Translations under genes and position numbers: made by a program
In this document: positions 1-8,184 of the stretch, piece after piece
Numbering within the stretch: the stretch's first letter is position 1
How the letters are laid out: each line of letters opens with the position of its first letter
Source of the DNA: Thermoanaerobaculia bacterium
GTDB taxonomy: Bacteria > Acidobacteriota > Thermoanaerobaculia > Gp7-AA8
NCBI GenBank assembly: GCA_035536275.1
Contig: DATLOL010000080.1
Coordinates: 1,263-65,262 of the forward strand
DNA: 64,000 nt
Direction of reading: 5' to 3'
The notes under the pieces: generated by a model
Database searches by the model: none
What the model was told of the DNA's origin: nothing
The model's input: only the letters and a program-made list of their open reading frames with translations

Positions 1-1088
1 AGCCCTACGACACGCTTACCGCGTGGGAGGGCGCTTACCCCGACCAGTCTGACATGACGATGCTGGTCGTCGCCGCCACCTTCCGCGGCCGCGCGATCTA
101 CTTCCACATCATCGACCCGTGGAACCGGGCATCGCGCCAAGTGGCGGCGCGCCAGGACGCACAGGCGAAAGTTCTTCAGGCCGTGCTTATCGTCTTCCTG
201 CTCCTGATCCTGTCGAGCGCCGTCTTTCTCGCGTGGCGCAATCTGCGGCTCGGGCGCGGCGACCGCAAGGGCGCTTTCCGCATCGCCTTCGTCGTCTTCG
301 TGCTCTACATGATCGCCTGGCTCTTCTCGGCTCACCACGTCCCCGACCTCGGGGAGTTCGCTCTCTTTATCGAGAACCTCGCGTGGTCGCTGATGATCGC
401 CTGCATGATGTGGATCGTCTACATCGCGCTGGAGCCGTTCGTCCGACGGCGCTGGCCCCGGCGCATCATCTCCTGGTCAAGACTTCTCGCCGGCGACTTC
501 CGCGATCCGCTCGTCGGGCGCGACATCCTGCTCGGCGCCGTCTTCTCCTTCGGGCTTTTGCTCATCGGCTACCTCGTCGAGTACGTGCCGCGCCTCCTGG
601 GCCAGCCGCCTTCGACGCCCGGCATTCACGGCCTCGCCCTCAACGCCCTTCAGGGCACGCAGCAGTTGATCCCGACCTTCACCGCGCAGATCATCAACTC
701 GTTCGTCACGCCCGCCGGGATGATGTTCCTGCTCCTGCTCTTCTCGATCATCCTGCGCCGGGAGTGGATCGGGGTCGGGCTGTTGTGGCTGATCTTTACG
801 GTCATTGGCGCGCTCACGGGCGAGCACCCGGCGATAGACTGGGCGTTCGCCGCGGCGAGTTCCGCCGCGATGCTCTTCATCCTGCTGCGCTACGGGCTGC
901 TGACGATGGTCGCCATGCAGTTCTTCGTCCTCGGCTTTGTCTTCTACCCTATCACCACGGACTTCTCCGCCTGGTACGCCGGCTCCACCATCTTCGCCGT
1001 CGCCGTCGCCGTCGCCCTCATGGCCTATGGCTTTTACATCTCGCTCGCCGGGCAGAAACTCTTCAGCGGCGACCTGATTGGGGAGTGA
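1..1088 (+). CDS. polytopic membrane protein of unknown function, 5'-partial (frame open to window start)
   Basis: ORF 54..1088 has no in-frame stop back to position 1; about 9 predicted hydrophobic helices; no catalytic motif recognised. Confidence 0.45.
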   Translation, partial: PYDTLTAWEGAYPDQSDMTMLVVAATFRGRAIYFHIIDPWNRASRQVAARQDAQAKVLQAVLIVFLLLILSSAVFLAWRNLRLGRGDRKGAFRIAFVVFVLYMIAWLFSAHHVPDLGEFALFIENLAWSLMIACMMWIVYIALEPFVRRRWPRRIISWSRLLAGDFRDPLVGRDILLGAVFSFGLLLIGYLVEYVPRLLGQPPSTPGIHGLALNALQGTQQLIPTFTAQIINSFVTPAGMMFLLLLFSIILRREWIGVGLLWLIFTVIGALTGEHPAIDWAFAAASSAAMLFILLRYGLLTMVAMQFFVLGFVFYPITTDFSAWYAGSTIFAVAVAVALMAYGFYISLAGQKLFSGDLIGE

Positions 1089-1236
1089 GCGGTAGGACGG
1101 AGAAGAGTCAGTTGTAAGCGTCCGGCGGAATTCAAGGCGTCAACGAGCCGCGGAGCGGCGGCAGAATGTAGCCCACGGCGCAAGCCGTGGGTCAACCGGC
1201 AACCAAAACCTCACCAGCCCCAGAGGGGCGAAAGAA

Positions 1237-1684
1237 ATGCCTCACGCCTTCACGAACCTCCTCGCGCACAGTCATCTTCAGCACCAAGGAACGCTCCCCA
1301 TTAATCGACGCCGAGCTGAGACCTAAACTGCACGCCTACCTCGGCGGCATCGTCCGCGAACTCAACGGCACGACGATAATAATCAACGGCACGGACGACC
1401 ACGTTCACCTGCTCGTCTCCATGCCGGCGACAATCTCGGTCTCCGACGCCATGCGCGTGCTCAAGACGAACTCATCGAAGTGGGTACACGACACGCGCCG
1501 CAAGCCGTTCGGCTGGCAGGCGGGTTACGGCGCTTTCAGTGTGAGCAAATCAAACGTCGAGGCAGTCAGCCGCTACATCGCTGACCAGGAGGAGCACCAC
1601 AGGAAAGTTTCATTTAAAGAGGAGTTCGTCTCGTTTTTAAAGAAACACGGCGTGGAATACGACGAGCGGTTCATCTGGGGGTGA
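1237..1684 (+). pseudogene. IS200/IS605-family Y1 (HuH) transposase, RAYT-like, with apparent +1 frameshift near 1270
   Basis: ATG at 1237 encodes MPHAFTNLLAH (canonical IS200/RAYT N-terminus) in frame 1, then conserved VIFSTKERSPLID...DDHVHLLVS (HuH)...VLKTNSSKW...GYGAFSV (catalytic Tyr region)...QEEHH continues in frame 2 (track ORF 1187..1684); one extra nucleotide near 1270 separates them. Could also be a sequencing error. Confidence 0.55.
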
Positions 1685-1694
1685 AGATTCTTTC

Positions 1695-1721
1695 GCCCCC
1701 TTCGGGGGCTGCGTTTGTCGG
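1695..1721 (+). terminator. GC hairpin GCCCCC-TTCG-GGGGGC followed by a weak U-tract, 3' of the transposase ORF
   Basis: Perfect 6-bp GC stem with TTCG tetraloop at 1695..1710 then TGCGTTTGTCG. Confidence 0.3.
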
Positions 1722-1823
1722 GCGGGCCTGTCCCCACGGCTTACGCCGTGGGCTACATTCTGCCGCCGCTTTCTGCGGCTCGTTGTCGCGTGGGACTGAG
1801 CTACGCCCTCACGTCCATTGGTT

Positions 1824-3851
1824 TTACTGGCTCACCACGCTGACGACCTTGATCGACTCCAAAGCGCGCAGGTATTCCACGACCACGTCGAGCGGCACGG
1901 GGCCGTAGACGGCCGAGACGCCGTCGCGTATCTCCTGCGCGGTGCGCCGGCCGTCGGCGAAGTTCAAGACCTCGTAGGCGTACTCGCCGCCGCCGCCGCG
2001 CAACCCCTGAAAGTTCAGCAGCCGAATCTTCGCGGCGCGCTCCTCGCCATAGTGATCCGTGAAGTAGTCGTAGCCGAAGGCCGACATGGGGCCGCGCACG
2101 GATGGGTTGCGGCGGAAAACTATGGAGCCGCCGGTCGTCGCGGCGACGGCCGGGGCGGCGGGGCGTGTCTCGCCGACGAGCCTTTGCAGGTTGTCGAGAA
2201 ACTGAGTCGCCTGCGCGTCCATCGCTTCGGGGACTTTGAAGAATCGCTCCATCGAGCTATGCGTCTCGCGCTCGTGCCGGAGGTGGAAGCGCGTGAGGTT
2301 TGCGGCCTCGGCGGCGTCGGCGAGCGCGGCGCGGCGCTCCAGCATCCGGGCCGCGCGCCGCAGACCGTTTTGTTGGAGCAGCGCGAGCAGGGCGGGCGCG
2401 TTCGCAGGCCCCGTGTTCGCCAGAAAGTAGCCGACCGCCGCGCCGATGAAGGCGGCGCGCTTGAGCTTCGTCGGGTCGATGTTGGCCGGCGTGTCGGCGT
2501 TCGTGTGGATGTAGCGGTCGGGCCAGTCGTTCAGGTAGATGGCCGGGATGCCGAACGAGCTGTCGGTGTAGACCTGATGGTCGCTGCCGGCGCTGAACGG
2601 CGCGAGCTCGGCGCGCAGCGGATCCCTGCTCCCATCCGATGCCACGAGCGGATACTTCGCCTCTCCCGTCTTCGCAAACGCCTCGGACTGCTCATTTACG
2701 AACATGCCCACGCTGTCCGCAAGGTCGTAGATGAACGAGGGCGCCGAGGCCGGCCCGCGCGTGACGTGAAAGATGGCCTTCGTCTCCGGGCCGCCGCCGA
2801 CCATGTCCAGATGGATCGCGGCGCGGATGTTCTTCGCGATCTCCGGCTTGCCGTTGAGCAGCGCCAGCGTGCCTTCGATCTCGGCGGGAAAGACGAAGCG
2901 AATGGTGCGGCGCGGTTTCTCCAGACGCTTCTCGTCGATCAGCTGCGAGAGGGTGCGGGCGACCTCCAGGATCGTCGCGCAGCCGCTGGCGTTGTCGTTG
3001 GCGCCGGGACGCGGATGATCGAGATGGCAACTGAAGACGATCTCGCCGCGCTCGCTCCCAGGGATCGTGGCTGTGGCGATGTCGTACGAGCCGGGCTCCT
3101 GTCCGGCCACGACGTTCGCGCGGAGGCGAATCTTCTCGCCGCCAGCGAGACGCATCTGAAAAAGTCTCGCCGTCCTGAGCGACACCATGAACGCGAAGGT
3201 CTTGTGCTCGGCGAACGTGTCGAGGTGACCCCAGCGGATCAGAGTGTCGTCCGCGCCGTACCACGCCGTGCGCTGGTTCTGGGCGTAGCTGATGATGCCC
3301 AGCGCGCCGCGGGGGATGGCCTTCGCGGCGACGGCTCCGGGCTGGGCGGAAGTGAGGACGATCTTTCCTTTGACGTCCTTGTTCGCGTAGTCCGCGTCGG
3401 CGGTGCCGGCGCCTACGTCGATCAGCTCCCCGGTGACGTCCGCGGAGTGGCTGTCCTGCGCGAGCGTGATCGGCGCGGACTCCCAACTGGCGATGCGGTG
3501 CACGTGCGCGTCGCTGCCGTCGAGCTCCCACAGCTCGCCGCGCTCCGCGTTCCACGCGGGCCGCGAGCGCTGCGTGCCGTAGAAGATCGTTCCGTCGGCG
3601 GTCAGCGACTCGATGTGCGCGTCCTCGTAGCCGTAGCGCTTCAGCTCCGCCACGATCTGCTCGGATGCCGCGCGGAACCCGCGCGACCCGCGCATGCGGT
3701 GGTGCCGCGAGAAGCCCTCGAGATTGCGCTTCGCCGACTCGCCGGAGATCTCCGACGCCAGCGCGGCGATCTGTTTTTCGGACAGAAAAGGGATCGAGGT
3801 TTGCGCGGCGGCGGACAGGGTGACGATGAGTGCAATCGCCAGCTTACGCAC
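1824..3851 (-). CDS. secreted M28-family zinc aminopeptidase with PA domain
   Basis: Signal peptide MRKLAIALIVTLSAAAQT; metal-binding HLDHPRPGANDNASG and HLDMVGG motifs typical of peptidase M28. Confidence 0.8.
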   Translation of the reverse strand: MRKLAIALIVTLSAAAQTSIPFLSEKQIAALASEISGESAKRNLEGFSRHHRMRGSRGFRAASEQIVAELKRYGYEDAHIESLTADGTIFYGTQRSRPAWNAERGELWELDGSDAHVHRIASWESAPITLAQDSHSADVTGELIDVGAGTADADYANKDVKGKIVLTSAQPGAVAAKAIPRGALGIISYAQNQRTAWYGADDTLIRWGHLDTFAEHKTFAFMVSLRTARLFQMRLAGGEKIRLRANVVAGQEPGSYDIATATIPGSERGEIVFSCHLDHPRPGANDNASGCATILEVARTLSQLIDEKRLEKPRRTIRFVFPAEIEGTLALLNGKPEIAKNIRAAIHLDMVGGGPETKAIFHVTRGPASAPSFIYDLADSVGMFVNEQSEAFAKTGEAKYPLVASDGSRDPLRAELAPFSAGSDHQVYTDSSFGIPAIYLNDWPDRYIHTNADTPANIDPTKLKRAAFIGAAVGYFLANTGPANAPALLALLQQNGLRRAARMLERRAALADAAEAANLTRFHLRHERETHSSMERFFKVPEAMDAQATQFLDNLQRLVGETRPAAPAVAATTGGSIVFRRNPSVRGPMSAFGYDYFTDHYGEERAAKIRLLNFQGLRGGGGEYAYEVLNFADGRRTAQEIRDGVSAVYGPVPLDVVVEYLRALESIKVVSVVSQ

Positions 3852-4902
3852 GGTACAGAGCAGCTCCCCAATGCAATCCCGCGCCGAGCGCGGTGAAACA
3901 GATCAGTGATCCCGGCACAATGCGTCCGGCCTCGCGCATCTCGTGAAACAGAATCGGCAGCGTGCCCGCGGTCGTGTTGCCGTAGCGGTCGATGTTGTGG
4001 GGGACCTTTTCCTTCGGCAGCCCGAGCTGCTTGGCGACCGCCTCGATGATGCGCAGGTTGGCCTGATGGACGAGTAGCAGATCGATTTCGGCGACGTCGA
4101 CGCCTGCGGCCTCACACACGGCTCGCACCGATGCGGGCATCCGCGAAACCGCTTCCTTGAACACCTCCCGCCCTTCCATCACCGGAATGATCTCGCTCGT
4201 GTCGATCTGATCGTGCGTGACGTACGGCCGGCGGCGGAAGCCGACGCCCGGAACGTAAAGCGCCTCGATGTTCCCACCGTTGGTGAAGAGTCGCGTGGCC
4301 AGAATGCCGCTGCCGTTATCCGAGGCTTCGAGGACGACCGCGCCCGCGCCGTCGCCGAACAGCACGACACGGTCGCGGAGCGCCGTATTGGCTGCGTACT
4401 CTTCTGGGGTGACCTCGCGCTCTTCTTGGCCGATCGTCGTCGCCCAACCGTTCTGCCACGGCATGAACGGCGAGTGCACGTCCGCCCCGACCAGCAGCAC
4501 GCGTCCGTACTTGCCGCTGCGGATGAGCGAGTCGGCGAGATCCAGCCCGTACAGGAACCCGGAGCACTGCTGGCGAATATCGAACGCGGGCACGGACTCG
4601 GGAAAGCCCATCTTCGCCTGGAGCACCGGTCCATTGCCGGGGAAGAAGTGATCCGGGGTCATGGTCGCGAAGATGATCGCGTCGATCTCGTCCTTCGTGC
4701 GGCCGGCAGAGTCGAGTGCCGCGGTCGCGGCCATCACGCCGAGGTCGGACGAGCCCTGGCCGTCATCGACGTAGTGCCGCTGCTCGACGCCGCTGCGTGT
4801 GCGGATCCACTCGTCGGTGGTGTCCATGATCCGCGTGAGCGCGGCGTTCGGGACGACGTTCTTCGGAATGCCGATTCCGGTGCCGGTGATGATGGAGGCC
4901 AT
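3844..4902 (-). CDS. 3-oxoacyl-ACP synthase III (FabH/KAS III family condensing enzyme)
   Basis: Cys-His-Asn triad contexts QQCSGFLYGL, LVHQANLRI, YGNTTAGTLP; length 352 aa. Confidence 0.8.
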   Translation of the reverse strand: MASIITGTGIGIPKNVVPNAALTRIMDTTDEWIRTRSGVEQRHYVDDGQGSSDLGVMAATAALDSAGRTKDEIDAIIFATMTPDHFFPGNGPVLQAKMGFPESVPAFDIRQQCSGFLYGLDLADSLIRSGKYGRVLLVGADVHSPFMPWQNGWATTIGQEEREVTPEEYAANTALRDRVVLFGDGAGAVVLEASDNGSGILATRLFTNGGNIEALYVPGVGFRRRPYVTHDQIDTSEIIPVMEGREVFKEAVSRMPASVRAVCEAAGVDVAEIDLLLVHQANLRIIEAVAKQLGLPKEKVPHNIDRYGNTTAGTLPILFHEMREAGRIVPGSLICFTALGAGLHWGAALYRA

Positions 4903-4911
4903 TCGCCCCCT

Positions 4912-4992
4912 AGTTTATCCTGCGCGAAGACGCAGGATCTCCGGTGCAGCCGCTTGGCACCCGAGATCCCGCGTCTGCGCGCGGGATAAACT
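4912..4992. repeat. family-A nested palindromic repeat, copy 1 (81 bp)
   Basis: AGTTTATCCTGCGCGAAGACGCAGGATCTCCGGTGCA..GGCACCCGAGATCCCGCGTCTGCGCGCGGGATAAACT: two inverted 37-bp arms, each itself a hairpin ATCC(C/T)GCG-loop-CGC(G/A)GGAT; fills the gap between the fabH-like start and the hslO stop. Confidence 0.8.
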
Positions 4993-4997
4993 GAAAA

Positions 4998-5885
4998 TCA
5001 GGCCTCGTGTTTCGCCGTCAGCGCGAGCAGGTCCTCTGCGGAAAACTGGTACTTCCTGCCGCAGAACTGACACGCCACCTCGGTGCCGCCTTCGTCGATG
5101 ATGTCCTGGATCTCGTCCGCCGCGAGGAACGACACGCCGGCCAGCGCGCGGTCGCGCGTGCACTGGCAGGTGTAGCTCACCGGCACGGTGTGACCGGCGT
5201 CGATCTGCTTATAGCCGGCGCCGCTGAAGATGGTCGCGACCACGTCCTCGATCTCCATCTTCTCGAGCAGCGTCGACAGCGGCGGGGCCTCGGTGATGCA
5301 GCGCTCAATCTTCGCGATGGCCTCGGCGGGCGCATGAGGGAAGGCCTGCACGACGATGCCGCCCGCGGAGGCGACGCCGTCGCGGCGATTGAACACACCG
5401 AGGAGCACGGCCGAGGCGATCTGCTCGGAGTTGAGCAGGTAGCGGGTGAGATCGGTGGCGATGCCCGTACCGCCGAGGAGCAGTTGCGATGTGTACGGTT
5501 TGCCGGTGGGCGGCGTGCCGCGGATGATCGTGAGCTTGCCGTTGCCGATGCTCGCGTCGACGTCGAGCAGCGGATCGTCGGGGACCGGGTTCGCGACGTA
5601 GCCGCGCACGTGGCCGGCGTTCGTGCCGTCGGCGATGAGCGTGCCGAGCGGCCCGTTGCCTTCGAAACGAAGCGTGACGTACTGGTTGCGGACGTCCTTG
5701 TCGAGCAGGCGCGCGAGGAGCAGGGCGCCCGTCATGGCGCGGCCGAGCGCGTCGGCGGCGACGGGAGAGAGGTCGAGGATCTCGCGCGCGGTGTCGACGG
5801 CCGTGGTCGTCTGCGCGGCGATGACGCGGAAGTGGCCGTCCACGGCCATCCCCTGAATGATACGGTCCTGAGTCTGCTGCTGCAT
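4998..5885 (-). CDS. hslO: Hsp33 redox-regulated chaperone
   Basis: N-terminal Hsp33 fold alignment; C-terminal zinc centre CQCTRD...CQFCGRKY (CxC...CxxC). Start placed at MQQQTQDRIIQ (M17 of track ORF) by homology. Confidence 0.85.
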   Translation of the reverse strand: MQQQTQDRIIQGMAVDGHFRVIAAQTTTAVDTAREILDLSPVAADALGRAMTGALLLARLLDKDVRNQYVTLRFEGNGPLGTLIADGTNAGHVRGYVANPVPDDPLLDVDASIGNGKLTIIRGTPPTGKPYTSQLLLGGTGIATDLTRYLLNSEQIASAVLLGVFNRRDGVASAGGIVVQAFPHAPAEAIAKIERCITEAPPLSTLLEKMEIEDVVATIFSGAGYKQIDAGHTVPVSYTCQCTRDRALAGVSFLAADEIQDIIDEGGTEVACQFCGRKYQFSAEDLLALTAKHEA

Positions 5886-5931
5886 GGACGGGTGGAAACG
5901 CGGCGGAACGGCAGTTGCTTCCGAGTTCAGC

Positions 5932-6291
5932 ATGAAGAAATTGGTCGTCGCTCTCGCAATCTTCGCCGCCGCGTGTCAGGTCAACGATAAGACAGGAGAA
6001 GTTCAACCGACGGCGGAGACGCAGACGGCCACGGCCGCGGCCGCCGAACAGACCCGCGATGCCGCCCAGGAAGTGAAGGAAGGCGCGCAGCAGCTCGGTC
6101 AGGAGATCAAGGAAGGCGCAAAACAGGTCCAGGAGTCCGAGGCCGGACAGCGCGTGGCCGAGGGCGCGCGCGAGGCCGGTCAGGGGATCAAGCAGGGCGC
6201 CGGTGAGGCCGCCGAGGCCGCCGGGCAGAAACTGGCCGAGGAAGGCCGCGAGGCTCAGGCCGAAGCCAAGGCCACGAAGAAAAAGCAGTAG
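5932..6291 (+). CDS. putative lipoprotein with low-complexity QE/KE repeats
   Basis: [15 protein letters not shown] lipobox-like signal; repeated [19 protein letters not shown] units. Confidence 0.45.
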   Translation: MKKLVVALAIFAAACQVNDKTGEVQPTAETQTATAAAAEQTRDAAQEVKEGAQQLGQEIKEGAKQVQESEAGQRVAEGAREAGQGIKQGAGEAAEAAGQKLAEEGREAQAEAKATKKKQ

Positions 6292-6353
6292 GATTCGTTT
6301 CGCGCGCAAGCCGCCGTGGACGCGGCTTGCGCGACACGCAAGGAGGATCTTCC

Positions 6354-6863
6354 ATGGTGAGTTTCGGAAGAGCTTCCGTTGCCGGCGAGACCCAGACGCT
6401 CAAGGTCGGAGACACCGCTCCCGATTTCCAGCTTCCGGGTCACCGCGACAACGAGAAGTTCCGTCTCAGTGACTACAGGGGAAAGAAGAACGTCGTTGTG
6501 GTCTTCTACCCGCTCGACTGGACCCCTGTTTGAACGGTTCAGATGCCGTCGTATGAGGCCGAGTCGGCCGACTTCGAACGGTATGATGCCCAGGTCGTGG
6601 GCATTTCGGTGGATTCAGTACCCAGTCACGTTGCATTCTCAAAATCGATCGGCGGGATCACGAAGTATCCGCTCCTCGCCGATTTCCATCCCAAAGGTGA
6701 AGTCTCGAAAAAGTACGGCGTCTGGAAAGAAGACAAAGGAATCTGCGAGCGCGCCGTCGTGATCGTCGACAAGAAGGGCATCGTCCGCTACGTCGACGTC
6801 CACGACATCGGAGAAGCACCCGACAACGAGCAGTTGCGGGATGTCTTGCGCGAGCTCGATTAG
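6354..6863 (+). CDS. peroxiredoxin (AhpC/Prx1-type) with in-frame UGA at 6531..6533 in the peroxidatic Cys position; candidate selenocysteine selenoprotein (PrxU-like)
   Basis: Track ORFs 6327..6533 and 6543..6863 share one frame, separated only by TGA plus 3 codons. Joined read FYPLDWTPV-[UGA]-TVQMPSYEA...[18 protein letters not shown]...YPLLADF...[15 protein letters not shown] aligns with FYPLDFTFVCPTE...GVSVDS..SH.AW of Prx1/AhpC, so UGA falls on Cp. GGAGGA 7 nt before ATG 6354. No resolving Cys at C-terminus. Confidence 0.65.
6534..6600 (+). promoter_or_regulatory. candidate bacterial SECIS region downstream of the UGA
   Basis: GC-rich stem-loop GGCC-GAGUC-GGCC at 6557..6569, apex about 30 nt after UGA, embedded in further self-complementary sequence (GUUCAGAUGCCG...CGACUUCGAAC); fold not computed. 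Confidence 0.3.
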
Positions 6864-6869
6864 CAGTAC

Positions 6870-6938
6870 GGGCGGGCCGTCCACGGGCCCGCCGTATAGG
6901 TCGTATAGGACCTATACGACTATACGACCCATACGAGG
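6870..6938. promoter_or_regulatory. intergenic hairpin (GGGCGGGCC-GTCCAC-GGGCCCGCC, 6870..6893) followed by palindromic GTATAGG/CCTATAC 9-bp repeat block (6894..6938)
   Basis: Contains perfect 21-bp palindrome GTCGTATAGGACCTATACGAC (6900..6920); same 9-bp unit family as the arrays at 41773, 49851 and 27585; lies in the 80-bp gap between the prx gene and the GrdB-like gene. Confidence 0.5.
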
Positions 6939-6943
6939 TTTTC

Positions 6944-7627
6944 ATGCTCAACATCGCACGCAAGTGCGTTCCCTTTACTCCCTACGACAAAGATCTCGCC
7001 TCCGCCACCGTCACCATCGTCTCGCTCACCGGGGTCTTCCTCGGCGACCAGGAGCCGTTTCCGGGTGAAGACCCGGGCGACATCACCTATCGCGTCATCC
7101 CCGGCGACGCCGACCTCGGCACGGCCCGCATCGTCCATGGGCACTACGATCACAGCGAGGCGGACGCGGATCCGAACATCGTCTTTCCACTGGAGACGCT
7201 GCGCGACCTGGCCGCGGAAGGACTGATCGGCGCCGTGAACGACAAGCACTACTCGTTCGGATTCACGACCCGTTTGCGCGAGCTGTACGAGACGGCATAC
7301 CCCGAGGTCGCGGACAAGATCGAGCGCTCGAAGACCAAGCTCGTGTTGCTGACGGCCGGCTGTCCGGAGACGTGTCACCGCGCGGTGGGCAACCTCGCGC
7401 GCGAGATCGAGGCCCGCGGCATCCCCACGCTGATCCTCAGCGCCTCGCCCGCGGCGACCGAGTCCGTGCGTCCGCCGCGCGCCATGACCTGGGACGGTGC
7501 GCAGATCGGCAGGATCATCGGCCGGGCCGGCGAGCGCGAGCAGCACAAGCTCGTGGTCCGCGCCGCGCTGCAGATGTTCACGCACGACACGCCGCCCGGG
7601 AAGGTCGTCGTGAAAAACCTCCACTGA
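6944..7627 (+). CDS. GrdB/PrdB-family (glycine/sarcosine/betaine/D-proline reductase selenoprotein B-like) small protein, Cys form
   Basis: 227 aa; overall resemblance to the short 'selenoprotein B family' proteins of non-clostridial bacteria; GCPETC motif where selenoprotein members carry U. Assignment from memory of the family, not searched. Confidence 0.4.
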   Translation: MLNIARKCVPFTPYDKDLASATVTIVSLTGVFLGDQEPFPGEDPGDITYRVIPGDADLGTARIVHGHYDHSEADADPNIVFPLETLRDLAAEGLIGAVNDKHYSFGFTTRLRELYETAYPEVADKIERSKTKLVLLTAGCPETCHRAVGNLAREIEARGIPTLILSASPAATESVRPPRAMTWDGAQIGRIIGRAGEREQHKLVVRAALQMFTHDTPPGKVVVKNLH

Positions 7628-7677
7628 ACCTTTTCTCTTCGCAGCCGGTATACCGTGATGTGACCGACGCACATCTC

Positions 7678-8184
7678 ATGGGCTGCATCGTCAACGGCGA
7701 CGCCGACGCGGTTCGCCCGTTGATGGAGCGCCACCGGCGCCCTCTCGCTGCAATGCTGCAGCGAGCCCTCGGCAGCGACGCCGACGATGTGTTCCAGGAG
7801 ACGTGGATCCGGGTCGTACGCAGTGCGCACCGATACGACCCGGAGCAGCGCTTCGGCGCGTGGCTGTTCGCCATCGCCTGGAACCTGGTGAAAGACCGCT
7901 GGTCCCGGCGCGTCGTCGTCTCCGTGGATGACGTCGATGTCGCGGCCATGGCCTCGCCGGCCCGCACGCCCGAGGAGTCTGCGGTGGCGAGCGAGCGCGC
8001 GGAACGCGTGCGCGACGTGGTGTCGCGCCTGCCCGAGCGGCTCGCGCAGGCGATCCTCCTTCGCTACTTCGAGGAACTCTCGGAGAGAGAAGTGGCGGAA
8101 CGCCTGGGCATCCCCGTCGGCACGGTGAAGAGCCGCATTCATCACGGACTGCGATTGATGAGGGAGAGCAATGAACTGCAATGA
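7678..8184 (+). CDS. ECF (sigma-70 group IV) RNA polymerase sigma factor
   Basis: Region 2 DVFQETWIRVVRSAHRYDPEQRFGAWLFAIAWNLVKDRW and region 4 LPERLAQAILLRYFEELSEREVAERLGIPVGTVKSRIHHGL. Start at ATG 7678 (GTG 7660 also possible); the 5' part of track ORF 7372.. is Arg-rich and rejected. Confidence 0.8.
   Translation: MGCIVNGDADAVRPLMERHRRPLAAMLQRALGSDADDVFQETWIRVVRSAHRYDPEQRFGAWLFAIAWNLVKDRWSRRVVVSVDDVDVAAMASPARTPEESAVASERAERVRDVVSRLPERLAQAILLRYFEELSEREVAERLGIPVGTVKSRIHHGLRLMRESNELQ

Larger units (their letters stand above)
1144..1782 (+). mobile_element. RAYT/IS200-like unit: Y1 transposase gene bracketed by 48-50 bp inverted repeats each carrying a CCCACGGCG(C/T)AAGCCGTGGG hairpin
   Basis: Left arm 1144..1191 CGAGCCGCGGAGCGGCGGCAGAATGTAGCCCACGGCGCAAGCCGTGGG; reverse complement of right arm 1733..1782 is CGAGCCGCAGAAAGCGGCGGCAGAATGTAGCCCACGGCGTAAGCCGTGGG; near identical. 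Inverted REP-like hairpins around a RAYT gene are typical REP/RAYT architecture. Confidence 0.6.

Noticed and set aside
1818-3896. 692-aa plus-strand ORF spanning the M28 peptidase locus
   Set aside because: Antisense to a well-supported gene; Arg/Gly/Ala/Val-rich composition typical of high-GC shadow ORFs; no motif.
5305-6309. 334-aa minus-strand ORF overlapping hslO and the lipoprotein gene
   Set aside because: Extremely Arg/Pro/His-rich (RRRHRRRPRAR...), antisense to two credible genes.
6327-6863. Annotating 6327..6533 and 6543..6863 as two separate small genes
   Set aside because: Same frame, separated only by TGA plus 3 codons. The joined product is one complete peroxiredoxin fold with the TGA at the catalytic Cys. 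The first ORF alone would lack everything after the active site.
6894-6938. T7-like promoter
   Set aside because: ATACGACT within the palindrome resembles part of the T7 phi10 promoter, but the rest of the consensus is missing and no phage RNAP context exists. More likely an operator built from the 9-bp unit.
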